DNA of 64,000 nt. Source: Podarcis muralis. Taxonomy: Eukaryota. The notes beneath the pieces are model-generated. The model was not told where the DNA came from and did no database searches. It saw only the letters and a program-made list of their open reading frames with translations. The translations under genes were made by a program, and so were the position numbers. The stretch is taken from the NCBI RefSeq assembly GCF_964188315.1, contig NC_135660.1, forward strand, positions 95,790,001 to 95,854,000, given 5' to 3'. This document shows, in pieces, positions 12,909 through 24,380 of this stretch (position 1 is its first letter; each line of letters opens with the position of its first letter).

Positions 12909-14268
12909 AAAATGATTATATAATATAAAGGCTAGGTTAGAACTCTTCTCCCAGACATATATCTTTTTCTATTTCAGAGATCATTTTATATGGGGGGGGG
13001 GGTGTGCATTTAATCATGTGATTTCCACTTGCAATTTGAAGTGGCATAGCCTAGGAACAGTGCCCCCGTTTGTTGAGGGATTTGTGTAGATCAGGAATAA
13101 GCGTTCATGCACTTCAAAATTATGTGCTTCCTTATTTTCCCATCTGTTATATTTAGAGAGAGAAAGAGAGAGCGCTTGTGTGTGTATGTGTGCGCGCGCA
13201 CACAGGCACACACAGGCACAAAGCCTTTGCTGTATTTGCCAGCATCTTACACCAAGATCACACAAGCTTTAACTACTCCGTATTGTTAGCATTGGCTCTC
13301 CCATTAAAGAGCAAATATCCTGTCGGCTGGAGGGTAAGGCAGCAACAGTGAGCTGCTGCCAAGTTGGACAAGCCCATTTTGAAGACGGCTAAGTCATTCC
13401 AGGCTCGGAGCCAGAATAGCGGGAGGAACTGCTTTGCATTGAAGTCGGCATACTTTGTCACCCGTTTCCAGAATAACACTCTTTGCCAAGTTTCACAGCT
13501 AAGACATGTCTGAATACCATCATACCATTGCTCTGTGGAGTGAAGGGGAGAGCCCTAATAAAATTGGCAGAGTATTTCAGTCTTGGCTATGTCATAACAA
13601 AGCTCACAGGGAGGCTTTCCTATACCATTTGGCAATCTTTTCACAAATGCAAATTTAATTAGGCTTTATGACAGCCTGCATCTATGGGGCCCAATGCAGT
13701 TTTTATTGGCGTTTCCTGTTTCCAATGGAGTATGGCTGTTTGGGTGGCAACCAATGTTAGAACTTGTCCCGTAGAGAGAAGGAAAGAGGGTGGGTTGCGG
13801 TAGATAGAGCATTTTCTACAACCGACATCATGGTCCTCTCTCTCAAATGGCGACTTTCAAATTGGAACAGAAGGTCAAGTCCGGGTGTCGTTCTAGTCTG
13901 AGACAACAAACAATTTTATCGCATCTTAACAATAAATTCTTTTATTGTGTCATAAGATTTTGTGGACTGTAGATTAGAGGATTATACAATGGTTGAAGTA
14001 GGCCCTAGTGCAGAGAACTTTATGCTACAATTAATCGTGAAGGTCCTCAAGTCGCTTCAGAGTCTTTGCTGCTATAGACTAAAATGATTGCTTCTCTGGG
14101 AAATGATTAAATGCATATTTTAATATGTAAGCCCTTTGAGTCTCTCCTATGCAGGTGAGAGACATGGGGAATACTACTGTGTTAATTTCCTCTTGATATT
14201 TTGGTGGGTTTCAATTCATTAACCATGGTGTCCAGCTGGAGTGACACTGGAGTGACACTGGGACACTG

Positions 14269-14308
14269 GGTATCTGAAGAAGTGTGCAAGCACATGAAAG
14301 CTCATACC
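14269..14308 (+). ncRNA. Minimal type I hammerhead ribozyme fold (Penelope-associated)
   Basis: Stem I GGUAU/AUACC, core CUGAAGA plus an extra A, stem II GUGUGC-AA-GCACAU (one G-U), GAAA, palindromic AGCU. Predicted cleavage after C14303. Confidence 0.65.
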
Positions 14309-14383
14309 AATAACAAACTTAGTGATCTCTAAGCTGCTACTGGAAGGATTTTTTTTCATTTTGTTTTGACTACAGCAGACACA
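14269..14383 (+). mobile_element. Penelope-like element 3' terminus (older copy)
   Basis: ggtatctgaagaagtgtgcaagcacatgaaagctcatacc...gctactggaagga...gttttgactacagcagac, homologous to the copies at 18119 and 47466. Confidence 0.8.
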
Positions 14384-14568
14384 GCTTTTTCTTTCCATTC
14401 TGTCTGAACCAAGGTGGGGTATAGATGTACTCGAGTGGTGTCTGGAGATGGTGACAGGCTAGATGAGGGCCAAAAAACCACAGTTAAACCTTGATAAGAT
14501 GGTGGTGTTGTAGATAGGTTCATGTGGCTGGGAACTGGGAAGACAGATAGCTTGTTTCGGATAAGATA

Positions 14569-14797
14569 CAGTGGTACCTCAGGTTACAGATGCTTCAGGT
14601 TACAGACTCCGCTAATCCAGAAATAGTACCGCGGGTTAAGAACTTTGCTTCAGGATGAGAACAGAAATCGCGTGTTGGCGGCAGCACAGCAGCAGTGGGA
14701 GGCCCCTTTACCTAAAGTGGTGCTTCAGGTTAAGAACAGCTTCAGGTTAAGAACAGACATCCAGAACGAATTAAGTTCCTAACCCGAGGTACCACTA
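14569..14797. mobile_element. Tc1/mariner (Tigger/pogo-type) MITE
   Basis: TIRs cagtggtacctc...gaggtaccact flanked by TA. Same family at 29568, 35173 and 46005. Confidence 0.88.
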
Positions 14798-16717
14798 TAC
14801 TTGGGATATGAACAACTTACACTCATGCACAGACAAATGGGGTGCCAGAGGCAGATCAGAAGAAACATGGTGGGTTGCATGTGATGATATTGGTCTCCCC
14901 CACGTGCAGAGTGAGTCCCATTGAAATAAGCAGACCTACTGCTAGGAGTCCGACTAACAATGAATATCACCCAGTATGTTTTGTTGAATCAAACAGAAAG
15001 TGGGGGAAAACTTCACTTTGAACTCTTTCCCTCAGTGGAGATGAAATCTTTGCCATCAATTTTATGTCGTTTTTGTGGTTTAATATCCTCTTTCACTCCC
15101 TTTTTTTCCCAGTTGCATAAAATATATAAAGGAAACTAATCTGCTGTGGCTGTATACGGCTGTAATGGAGCTTAAAGGCTCTTTTAAAACAGCTGTAAAA
15201 CACAGGAAAGCTATTTTAGCCATTGCAACTGGAATGGAAACTTTCAATGGTAAATAAATTTATTTTATAGTTGAAGGTTTATTGCTCTTAGTAGCCCCTC
15301 CTAGTGTTTCATTAGCTCTCTTATTTCTATAATCCATCGTTAAAAATACGATGCGTTGTAGATGAGAGACAAATTAAAAAGAGAGGGTGGGATACATATT
15401 TTGCTGTCAGTTATATTAGCATTAATTTGGACAAACTCTGTTGACATTAATAGAGCAGCACTGTGTAAATCCGAAGTAATTGATGGAAGAATTTAGCCTA
15501 AGGGGGCAATTCACATACCGCTTAACACTGCTTGTAGTCTCCTTGACTTCATTGTAGCTTTGGAAATGGAACTGGTCTGCAAATCGGTATCTAAGAATTC
15601 TAGCAATAAGCAGAGCAGCTTCTTACTTTGTGACTTTTTCAAAAGGTGGGAGGCCATATCTTGGTGGCTGAGTCCATATTTTGCATGTGGAAGATCCTAA
15701 CATTATATCCAGTTCAAAAGATCTTAGGTAACAAGAATGGGCAAAAGCCCTGAAGAACTCCTATCCACTGCTCAAAGTAGGGAACAATCTTTTCATCCCG
15801 ATATGTCATCACAACGTTTATTTTATTTTTCAGAAGAAAAGCTGAAAAACAATATGAATGCTTTCACTTCTTATCTTAGGACCAGCGTACTTCAAAGGGG
15901 AGCATTATTATTTCATTTGGATAGGGTTGTTTATAGCTTGCTTGTGAAATAGCCTGAAGCCCCCCTGCCAGGCTTCATCTCACCTGCCCTGACAGATTCA
16001 CTGTGCTTGACAGGCTTCCCAAATTCTCATCAAATGCTGAGATGTTGCAGATGAGGGAAACTGAAGGAAATTCAGGAGACGGTTGCCTGGGGGGCAGGGG
16101 GTTGGCTTCCAAACTGGCAATTAGTTTCCACAGATGTACAAGAAGTGCCAGGAGGAGATGGAGCCAGGAGGTCTTTTGAGGAGAGACTTCACCTCCTTTC
16201 CCAACCCTCACTGGTTCCATTATGAAATTGTTTTAAACTTACAGCAATGTGGGCAGTAGTTTGTTTTCCTCATATCCCGAACTAGCCATCATTTTATGTC
16301 GCTTTTGGCTTCTTCAAAGCACACTTGAGCCCAGCTGCTGTCCACATTCGGTATGAAGGACACATCACCTGAGCACCAGAGACTTTATACTGCAATTGCT
16401 CTGCACCTCCTTGAGGTTGGAAGATGTTCTGCTCACATGGCCTTTTGGCAAGGATGTGAAGCTCACCTATTCTGAAAGGCCTATGGCTTCTGCATAGCCA
16501 CTGTAGCCTTTCTTGCCACTGCTTGTGAAGCTGTTGTTTCAGACTGTGTATTATTATTATTTATGTTTAGTTGGAAAGCCACACTGAGCCTTGGAAGGTT
16601 TAAAATGAGAAAGCAACAGTGAGTAGCTGCAGAAGTTGTTATGTAGCATGCCTGTGACAAAGAGAGGATTCAGTATTTATGTTGACTTATTTTATGCTCC
16701 TTTTTTGCCCTTTGTAG

Positions 16718-16876
<159 letters not shown>

Positions 16877-17057
16877 TGAGTTCGATTTCTTCCAAAGCTG
16901 CATTCCATCTTCACCACTGTCTCCTGTGGCTGGAATACTGATGGGTCTGTGGATGGCAGTGAAGCTTTTTCTTTCAGTCCTGGTAAAGCTATATCGTAAT
17001 TCAGAAATGTAGGGCCTGCTACAATTGGAGTTAAGCATCTCCAAGTCTCATTTTAAG

Positions 17058-17275
17058 CATTTCGTAATCTGGGGAACCGGGTTCGCGTCTCCGCTCCTCC
17101 ACATGCAGCTGCTGGGTGACCTTGGGCCAGTCACACTTCTTTGAAGTCTCTCAGCCCCACTCCCCTCACAGAGTGTTTGTTGTGGGGGAGGAAGGGAAAG
17201 GAGAATGTTAGCCGCTTTGAGACTCCTGAAGGGGAGTGAAAGGCAGGATATCAAATCCAAACTCTTCTTCTTGTT
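17058..17275 (+). mobile_element. tRNA-derived MIR/Ther1-type SINE (Squam3-like), 5'-clipped
   Basis: gaaccgggttcg B-box, MIR core ctgggtgaccttgggccagtcac and (CTT)n tail. Highly similar to 31408-31655. Confidence 0.75.
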
Positions 17276-17871
17276 GTGCTCTAACCTCCCAATGAAACCA
17301 GTGGGGCTTAAAAACCCTTAGCTGGTAGATCACACCCATAAGCCATTTTCTGACTTTCTTCATGATTAAATACATTTAGCATAGCCTCTGTGGTTTCCAA
17401 GGCCAGCTGCTCACATTTCCGTTTCTGCTCATGACTGATAGGTAGCTATCTAAGCATGTCCTATTATCAGCACCTTTGTTCTGGTGCCAGTTTTCCCCTT
17501 AAGAGCCGCCTCCCAGTCTGTGGAGTTTGACACCACAGCTCTTTTCTCCCCATCTGGAGTGTACAGAGCATGCCACATACGTGCATTTCCCAGTTTTAAT
17601 ATTTATCTGGAGATGGTTTTTGTCGAGTCAAATGAGGCCTGGCTTGTTTCATTTGCTCAGTTCTAAGTGCACACACCCAACCCTGGAACTTTCAGGCATG
17701 AGAGCAGCGCTCTTGCACAATTCCCACAGATTTCACTGGGTTTCCCGCAGAGGAGTATTGGGCAGATTGTGCCACTGCTTCCTCTGCTGCCCTCAGTGTC
17801 GTTTGCAGCCCAAACCTGCATAAAACCAAGCACAGATTATGGGATGTGTTTGTGTGTATGTGTTGCTCCCC

Positions 17872-18070
17872 AGTAGTGATTGGGAAAGATGGAGGGCACA
17901 AGGAGAAGGGGACGACAGAGGACGAGATGGTTGGATAGTGTTCTCGAAGCTACCAGCATGAGTTTGACCAAACTGCAGGAGGCAGTAGAAGACAGAAGTG
18001 CCTGGCGTGCTCTGGTATATGGGGTCACAAAGAGTCAGACACGACTAAATGACTAAACAACAGCAACAAC
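17872..18070 (+). mobile_element. Bov-B LINE 3' end
   Basis: tgggaaagatggagggcacaaggagaagggg...gagtcagacacgactaaatgactaaacaac. Confidence 0.92.
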
Positions 18071-18118
18071 AGTGAAGTTAACCAATGAAGGAGGCCAATG
18101 GAAACCAAAGGCTCACTT

Positions 18119-18315
18119 CAAAAAAAATTCCTTCCAGTAGCACCTTAAAGACCAACTAAGTTAGTTCTTGGTATGAGCTTTCCTGTGCATGCACACTTCT
18201 TCAGATACCACGAAAGCTCATACCAAGAACTAACTTAGTTGGTCTTTAAGGTGCTACTGGAAGGAATTTTTTTTGTTTTGACTATGGCAGACCAACACGG
18301 CTACCTATCTGTAAA
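18119..18315. mobile_element. Penelope-like insertion with inverted (palindromic) termini and 13-bp target duplication
   Basis: Left arm 18120-18182 is the reverse complement of the right arm starting at 18212. CAAAGGCTCACTT at 18106-18118 and 18316-18328. 3' end gaccaacacggctac is typical of reptile Penelope termini. Confidence 0.85.
18170..18209 (-). ncRNA. Hammerhead ribozyme fold, minus strand, with a G:G mismatch at the first pair of stem II
   Basis: Reverse complement reads ggtatctgaagaagtgtgcatgcacaggaaagctcatacc. Confidence 0.55.
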
Positions 18316-18344
18316 CAAAGGCTCACTTGTTAGCTTACGATTAT

Positions 18345-18520
18345 TTATTTGTGACATTTATTGCATTTCTAGCCCAACTTTTATCCAAGGAGCTCAAGGG
18401 GGCATCCACGGTTCTGCCCCCTCTTCAAGTATTCCCCATAACCACCAAGGTCCAAGGTCAACCACTGAGCTCCATGGTCTCCCAGGTCCTAGTCTAACCA
18501 TTACGCTACACTTGCATTTT
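18345..18520 (-). mobile_element. Degenerate MIR/Ther1-like SINE remnant
   Basis: (ttta)n end, ccaaggagctcaagg, and a tRNA-like head remnant (ctaaccattacgctacac). Confidence 0.45.
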
Positions 18521-19532
18521 TGAACAAGAAAACCCCACTCCACTTTGCAGTTATGGTGTGGTGCAGCAGCACATGTTGTGCTGAAAAAGGTCCCGGATTC
18601 AGTTTCTGCAGCCTCCAGATCTCAGATAGCAAGGCTCACTGAGCTGCTGCAAGACCATAGTTGGCCAGACTGACCAACGGAAGGAAAGCCGGACTATGGC
18701 ATGGGCTTTACTGAGACACCGGCAGTCTTTGGCTCTTCATCAACTGTCAGGGACTTCCCACAGTTTTTCCATGAAGCTGCAGAGGAAGAGAAGGGAAGCA
18801 CTGACTCTGCTAAGAGATCAGCTGGTTTCGTGCTCTTTTTAAGCATTTGGCAGTAGCCATTCCACCAGGCTCTCAGCTGGTCATTAAAAGGAAAGTAACT
18901 TTAAAAATTAGTGCCTGCTTCTTCTTTTTCTCTCCTACTATCCAATCCCTTTTCCCTTTTATGTTATGTCCAGAGAACTGCCTTGTTTTCGTTTTGATCC
19001 ACTCTGGGAGCCTTTTCAGCTGAGTAAGCAGGCTTTTGAATAAATCTAGTTGCATGTGTTCTGTGGAAAGCAGGGACCTATAGCTTCCTGAATTTGCCCA
19101 GGGAGGGAGGGGACAGGATGTTCTGTATTAAAAGAAGCCCTTGAAAATAAGGGCCACATCCCAAAACAGGAAAAGCTGTTTTGATGACCTATAGACCTAC
19201 CTGGGGTGAAGCTGAGCAACCCCATTCAGCTAGACTGATAGGCACAGATGCTGAATAGCTCTTTGGCATCCTAAAACTATGCATGTATTAGAAACAGGGG
19301 AAGCTGACTAGCTTTGACTCTTCACTAAGCTAAAGTCTTTCCATCTTATTTGATGGTATCATTTATATTGTACCCTTCAGCATCAAGAAGGATCACGAGG
19401 GATTTAAAATACAACACAAGTCCCAGCAATGAAACAAGAAGAATTTACAAGCAGGGCAGCAGTTAATTTAAAAAATGCACTGATAGTACAATAAGACACA
19501 TGTCTACTCAGGAGTAAGTCCCATTCCATACA

Positions 19533-19586
<54 letters not shown>

Positions 19587-20085
19587 TCTTTATTGTCATT
19601 GCCCCCTCTCGGGGACAACGAAATTACTTGACTGCTCCATAAAAACACTAATTAAAACAATACAGTATAGTACAGCAAGGAAGATTAGATGACTTTCAAA
19701 GTCCATTCAGGGCCGAGATCGCTCTGGAGAAGAAGCTGTTCTTAAGACGGCTCGTTCTTGTCTTCATCGTCCTGTATCTCCGTCCCGACGGCAGGAGCTC
19801 GAAGAGACAGTGACCAGGATGCGATGGATCTTTTACTATGTCCAGTGCCTTCCTATGGCACCTTGTGGCATAAATCTGCTCTAAGGTGGAGAGTGGGCAG
19901 CCAACAATGCTCTCTGCTGCCTTGACAACTCTGCACAACCCCATCCTGTCCTGGGTAGTACAGCTTCCGTACCACACACATAAGCCATAAGTGAGCACAC
20001 TCTCAATGGCACAGTGATAGAAGGCAAGCAGCAGTTTCTGCGGAAGATGGTTTTTCCTTAGAATTCTCAAAAAGTACTTCCAGAT
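19533..20085 (-). mobile_element. Rex1/Babar LINE 3' fragment; its (ATT)n tail forms the AAT array at 19533-19585
   Basis: ORF 19696..20220 peptide FYHCAIESVLTYGLCVWYGSC...KDPSHPGHCLFELLPSGRRYRTMKTRTSRLKNSFF is the Rex1/Babar C-terminal signature. AATAAA on the minus strand just before the tail. Confidence 0.88.
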
Positions 20086-20099
20086 AATTGGCAAATGAT

Positions 20100-21110
20100 C
20101 ACTAAAAAAGAATCCCACGTGCAACGGTTCAAGCATATGGTGCCAGTCCTGGCCCAACTGCACTGGCTGCCAAATACTGTATTTTTCGCTCCATAAGGCG
20201 CACCGGGCCATAAGGCGCACCTAGTTTTTATAGGGGGATATCAAGAAAAAAAATATTATCCCCCCCCCCCAGCCCCAAAGAGCAGCGAACAGGTTGCGTG
20301 CAGCCTGTCTGCTTCTCCCAGAGCTTCTTGGGGCTGCTGGGGGAAGCCCGCGTCACCCCCCCCCCCCAGCCCCAAAGAGCAAAGAAGCCAAGACAGCCAG
20401 TGGGATCCGGTCGGGAGAGACTGCACGTGACTATGGCAATTCCCCCACCTCCCGCAAAAGCCCACAAGAGCTGTGCACCCTTTAAGGAGCACACTGCTCC
20501 TGCGGGCTTTTCTACGAGGAGGGAGAAGGGACTGACTGAAGCGGAGCTTGTGTGCGGCTCTTGGGGGCTTTTTCTGCCTGCCTCCCCCCTGCATTCGCTC
20601 CATACGACACACACACATTTCCCCTTACTTTTTAGGAGGGAAAAAGTGTGTCTTATGGAGTGAAAAATACGGTAATTTCCAGGTGCGATTCAAAGTGCTG
20701 GTTTTGACCTACAAAGCATTAAACGGCTCAGGACTGCAATATCTCAAGGACCACCTTTCCTGATATGAAACGACCTGACCCTGCAGTCATCAGCTGAAAC
20801 GCTTCTTTGTGCACCTCTTCCACATGAGGTCCGGAGGGTGGCATCATGAGTGGCTCCCCATTTGGGGGATGCCCTCCCCAGAGAGGCTCGCCTGACGCCT
20901 TTGGTACATATCTTTAGGTGCTAGGTGAAAACATTAATCTTCTCCCAGGCCTTTGTCTGATTAAACAATCCATGGCCTTTTAAACTGGGAGGGGTGGGTG
21001 GGTATTGTTTTTGCTTGGTCCTGTTATGCATTTTTGTGTTTTTATATTGTGAATCACCCTGTGATTCTCAGATGAAGGGTGGCGTAGATCTTCAATAAAT
21101 AATAATAACT
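20100..21110 (+). mobile_element. L2 LINE 3' fragment split by a DNA MITE
   Basis: ccagtcctggcccaactgcactggctgcc (PVLAQLHWLP) before the MITE and RFKVLVLTYKALNG after it. Ends in an aaataaataataataa tail. Confidence 0.85.
20177..20672. mobile_element. Tc1/mariner (Tc2-like) non-autonomous element
   Basis: TIRs ctgtatttttcgctccataag / cttatggagtgaaaaatacgg, with TA on both sides. Confidence 0.88.
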
Positions 21111-22982
21111 GAGTGCTCCTGTCAGTAAGGACTGGTTGCCCCTGCTTGGGGGAGACATAAGACCCACATATTTGTTTCAATGTTCCCCACCCCATGGATG
21201 CACAACCCCAGCTCATGGGTGGAAGACTAGATGCTCAGCTCTCTATGTTTTACTTGACTGATCCAATCTGATCCAATCACAGTCTGTTGAGACAACAGCA
21301 GCATTAAAATTCCAAAAATCTATATTAAGGGAATATATTTATTAGGTCACTTGGAACATAATAGGTCTTGTAAAAGGTGTCCCCCTAAAGTGCTGGGTTT
21401 TTTTTTTAATTTTCCTTATGGGTCTGCATGGTTACCTTTACTTATTTGTGGATTTAAACTTTCACATGCTCAGGAATAGTTGGAGTTTCTCCCATCACTT
21501 CATTTTCTCTTTGAGGTTTTTCTAATATACAGTGTGATTGTATTATACTAACAAATGTTTGATATATAAAAAAGATGTTTTACTTTTGTTCGTGAAGTAA
21601 CTTGTCCAGTTATGCTTCCAAGGACATTTCAAATCCATAAAACAGATTTGCCTATGTTTTTTCTCCCCTGAGAAAAAAATGCATTTACTCAGAGACCACC
21701 TCATGAATTTGACATTCAAGTCTGCAGATTGCTACAAAAAATAAAGACATCATTATTCAAGTGAATGATGCTACACTTAATCATTTTTAAAAATCAGATT
21801 TCCATCTTGTAGAAAAAATTAACATATTCCTCCAGTGATGATTTAAGAACTACGAATATCTCCCCCCCCCTTCTATATTAAAACATCTATTAATTTTTAA
21901 ACGCTCTTACTTCCAGGCATACAGTTTTATAGAGCAGGTTCTTGTTATACTCTTGAGAGATTTATTTCAACATGTATTTTTGTCAATTATCAGTTGTCTC
22001 TGGACCACACACACAAACACACACACACACACAATCACTGCTTACTCCATTAAACAGATTTTTTACCCCAGAGTCCCATTTGGGAATTGGTAGACGTATT
22101 AATTAGCTTAGTACCGTAAGATGCATGTCAGTCAATTATTGGGTATCTGCCAAGAAGACTGTCTGCAGATAGATGGCAAATATGAGATCATTTACTTTTA
22201 CAGTTTTATAAGCATGCAAGATCACCCCCCCCCCCCCGCACACACATAGGCACTTGATCAACAATTTATGGAAAGAGAGATTAGAGAAGAGAAGCTAGCA
22301 TAATTTTTTCCACCAGGCACATACTGTCAAATGGAACTATATATCATTATCCATACTCTCTCCAACTCTCTCCTTTCTGTACATTATGTGTGGCAAGAGC
22401 GATTAGGACTGTTTTGGTTGGAAGAGTCCCTTCTTTCCACAGCTGTTGTGTTTAATCACTTAATTTTAGATTAAGGTTGCAACAATCACATGGACATTTA
22501 CATGGGGCTGTGCCACACTGACCGCACTGGGGCTTACTTCAGAGTAAACATGCCTAGGCTAGCGCTGTATTTGTTTGTTTATTTGAAAGAGTGTTCACCC
22601 AACTATCAAAGTGTCCTGCCCCTGCAAGGCAGTTTACGAGGCTCCAAAACACGTAAGAATACAATAATCACAATTTTGGCATTTAAACATAGATTAAAAG
22701 CCACCAGCAGCTAATTTGGTTTTCTCAAGCACAGCGCAATTCAACCAAGTATAGACTGGAACAAAAATGACTTCAGAACTCTTTTTGTTTTAAATCCAGC
22801 ATATCTATTACCCAGTGAAAAAAATCCAAAAGACCCTTATCCCTGGTCCCCATTGGGCTAGCTGCTGTCACTGGTACACCAGAAAGCAGGGTGTCTGTGG
22901 CTGCTCTCAGGTGTAGGCATTCAGGTAAACTCATTCAGGTGTAGGCAATGTGTTGAATAACTTAGCCCCAAGCCATTTAGGG

Positions 22983-23118
22983 CAGGCATAGGCAAACTCC
23001 GGCCCTCCAGATGTTTGGGACTACACTTCCCATCATCCCTGACTACTGGTCCTGTTAGCTAGGGGTGATGGGAATTGTAGTCCCAAACATCTGGAGGGCT
23101 GGAGTTTGCCTGTGCCTG
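22983..23118. mobile_element. Palindromic hAT MITE (136 bp)
   Basis: Arms caggcataggcaaactccggccctccagatgtttgggactac / gtagtcccaaacatctggagggctggagtttgcctgtgcctg. Perfect 8-bp TSD ATTTAGGG at 22975-22982 and 23119-23126. Confidence 0.93.
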
Positions 23119-23299
23119 ATTTAGGGCTTTAAAAGCCCAATCAGTTCCTTGATATGGATCAACAAATGAACAGGTGGCCAATCTGGCTGACACAGAACAG
23201 GTGGGATATAGTCGCATTCCCACAAGCATACCTGCTGCCTTGTTCTGTTTCAGAGCAGTCTTCAAAAGCAGCAGCCCCCTCCTTTAAATTTTTTTTGGG

Positions 23300-23460
23300 G
23301 GGTGCTCTTGACCTCCTGGTTCCCCATACCCCCTTAGATGGCACCCCTACCTGGATGCAACCAAGGCACTTGGCCCTGTGGCTTTGGTCAGCTAAGGTTA
23401 AGTAGGTCCATAGCTGCTGAAGAAGCCTAAGCCTATAAAAAGCCCTCCTAACATGGACTT
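23300..23460 (-). mobile_element. L2 LINE internal remnant
   Basis: RRAFYRLRLLQQLWTYL in ORF 23159..23491 resembles L2 ORF2 (compare AVYQLHLVRRLRPYL at 54825..55742). Confidence 0.55.
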
Positions 23461-23757
23461 CAGCTTCACGATCTGTCCTTCCAGTGAGCACTCGTGAAGC
23501 TGAGGCTCCAATACTTTGGCCACCTCATGAGAAGAGAAGACTCCCTGGAGAAGACACTGATGCTGGGAAAGATGGAGGGCACAAGGAGAAGGGGGCGACA
23601 GAGGACGAGATGGTTGGATAGTGTTTTCGAGGTTACCAGCATGAGTTTGACCAAACTGTGGGAGGCAGTGGAGGACAGAGGTGCCTGGCGTGCTCTGTTC
23701 CATGGGGTCATGAAGAGTCGGACACGACTAAACGACTAAACAACAACAACAACAACA
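23455..23757 (+). mobile_element. Bov-B LINE 3' end
   Basis: KLRLQYFGHLMRREDSLEKTLMLGKMEGTRRRGRQRTRWLD and a (CAA)n tail. Confidence 0.95.
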
Positions 23758-24159
23758 TGGACTTCACTCTGTAGTCACCACTGTAGTGAGCTGTGAGTCT
23801 GGGAACATTCCCAGACTTCACCCGTGGTCCTTTAGGGAGAGTATGATCCCAACCAAAGTAAGAGGTCAGCCTCCATTCACATTAGCCAAATTCCAAATCC
23901 ACGGTACTTCGGCCTTATTTGGATTCTACTTCGCCTTGTAATCCCTCACTCATGCCAGTGCTGTTGACGGAAAGCGTAAGTACTTGGAAACCTTTCATTT
24001 GGTCAAAAAGCTGCCATGGGTGAATGGTTTGTAATTTTTTTTGACAGTTGTTATTATTTTTTTTGGTGATGCAAGTATGTCTATACTCTCCAGGTTTCCC
24101 AAAGTAACAAGCACACAGGCACATACAACCATGCATATGGCTGTATAAAAATACATGTA

Positions 24160-24380
24160 CAGTCATACCTCGGGTTACAGATGCTTCAGGTTGCATTTTT
24201 TCAGGTTACGGAACACCGAAGTACCGGAACGGGTTACTTCTGGGTTTTGGTGGTCACGCATGTGCAGAAGTGCCGAATCTTGACCCGTGCATGCGCTGAT
24301 GCACCGCTGCAGGTTGCGGACACTGCGGGTTGCGAACGTTCACCCCGCACGGATCACGTTCGCAACCCCAGCGTCCACTG
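24160..24380. mobile_element. Tigger/pogo-type MITE, second subfamily
   Basis: TA-cagtcatacctcgggtt ... aaccccagcgtccactg-TA. CpG-rich interior. Confidence 0.78.

Noticed and set aside
16040-16075. MIR-core-like cagatgagggaaactga
   Set aside because: Too short to call without a profile search.
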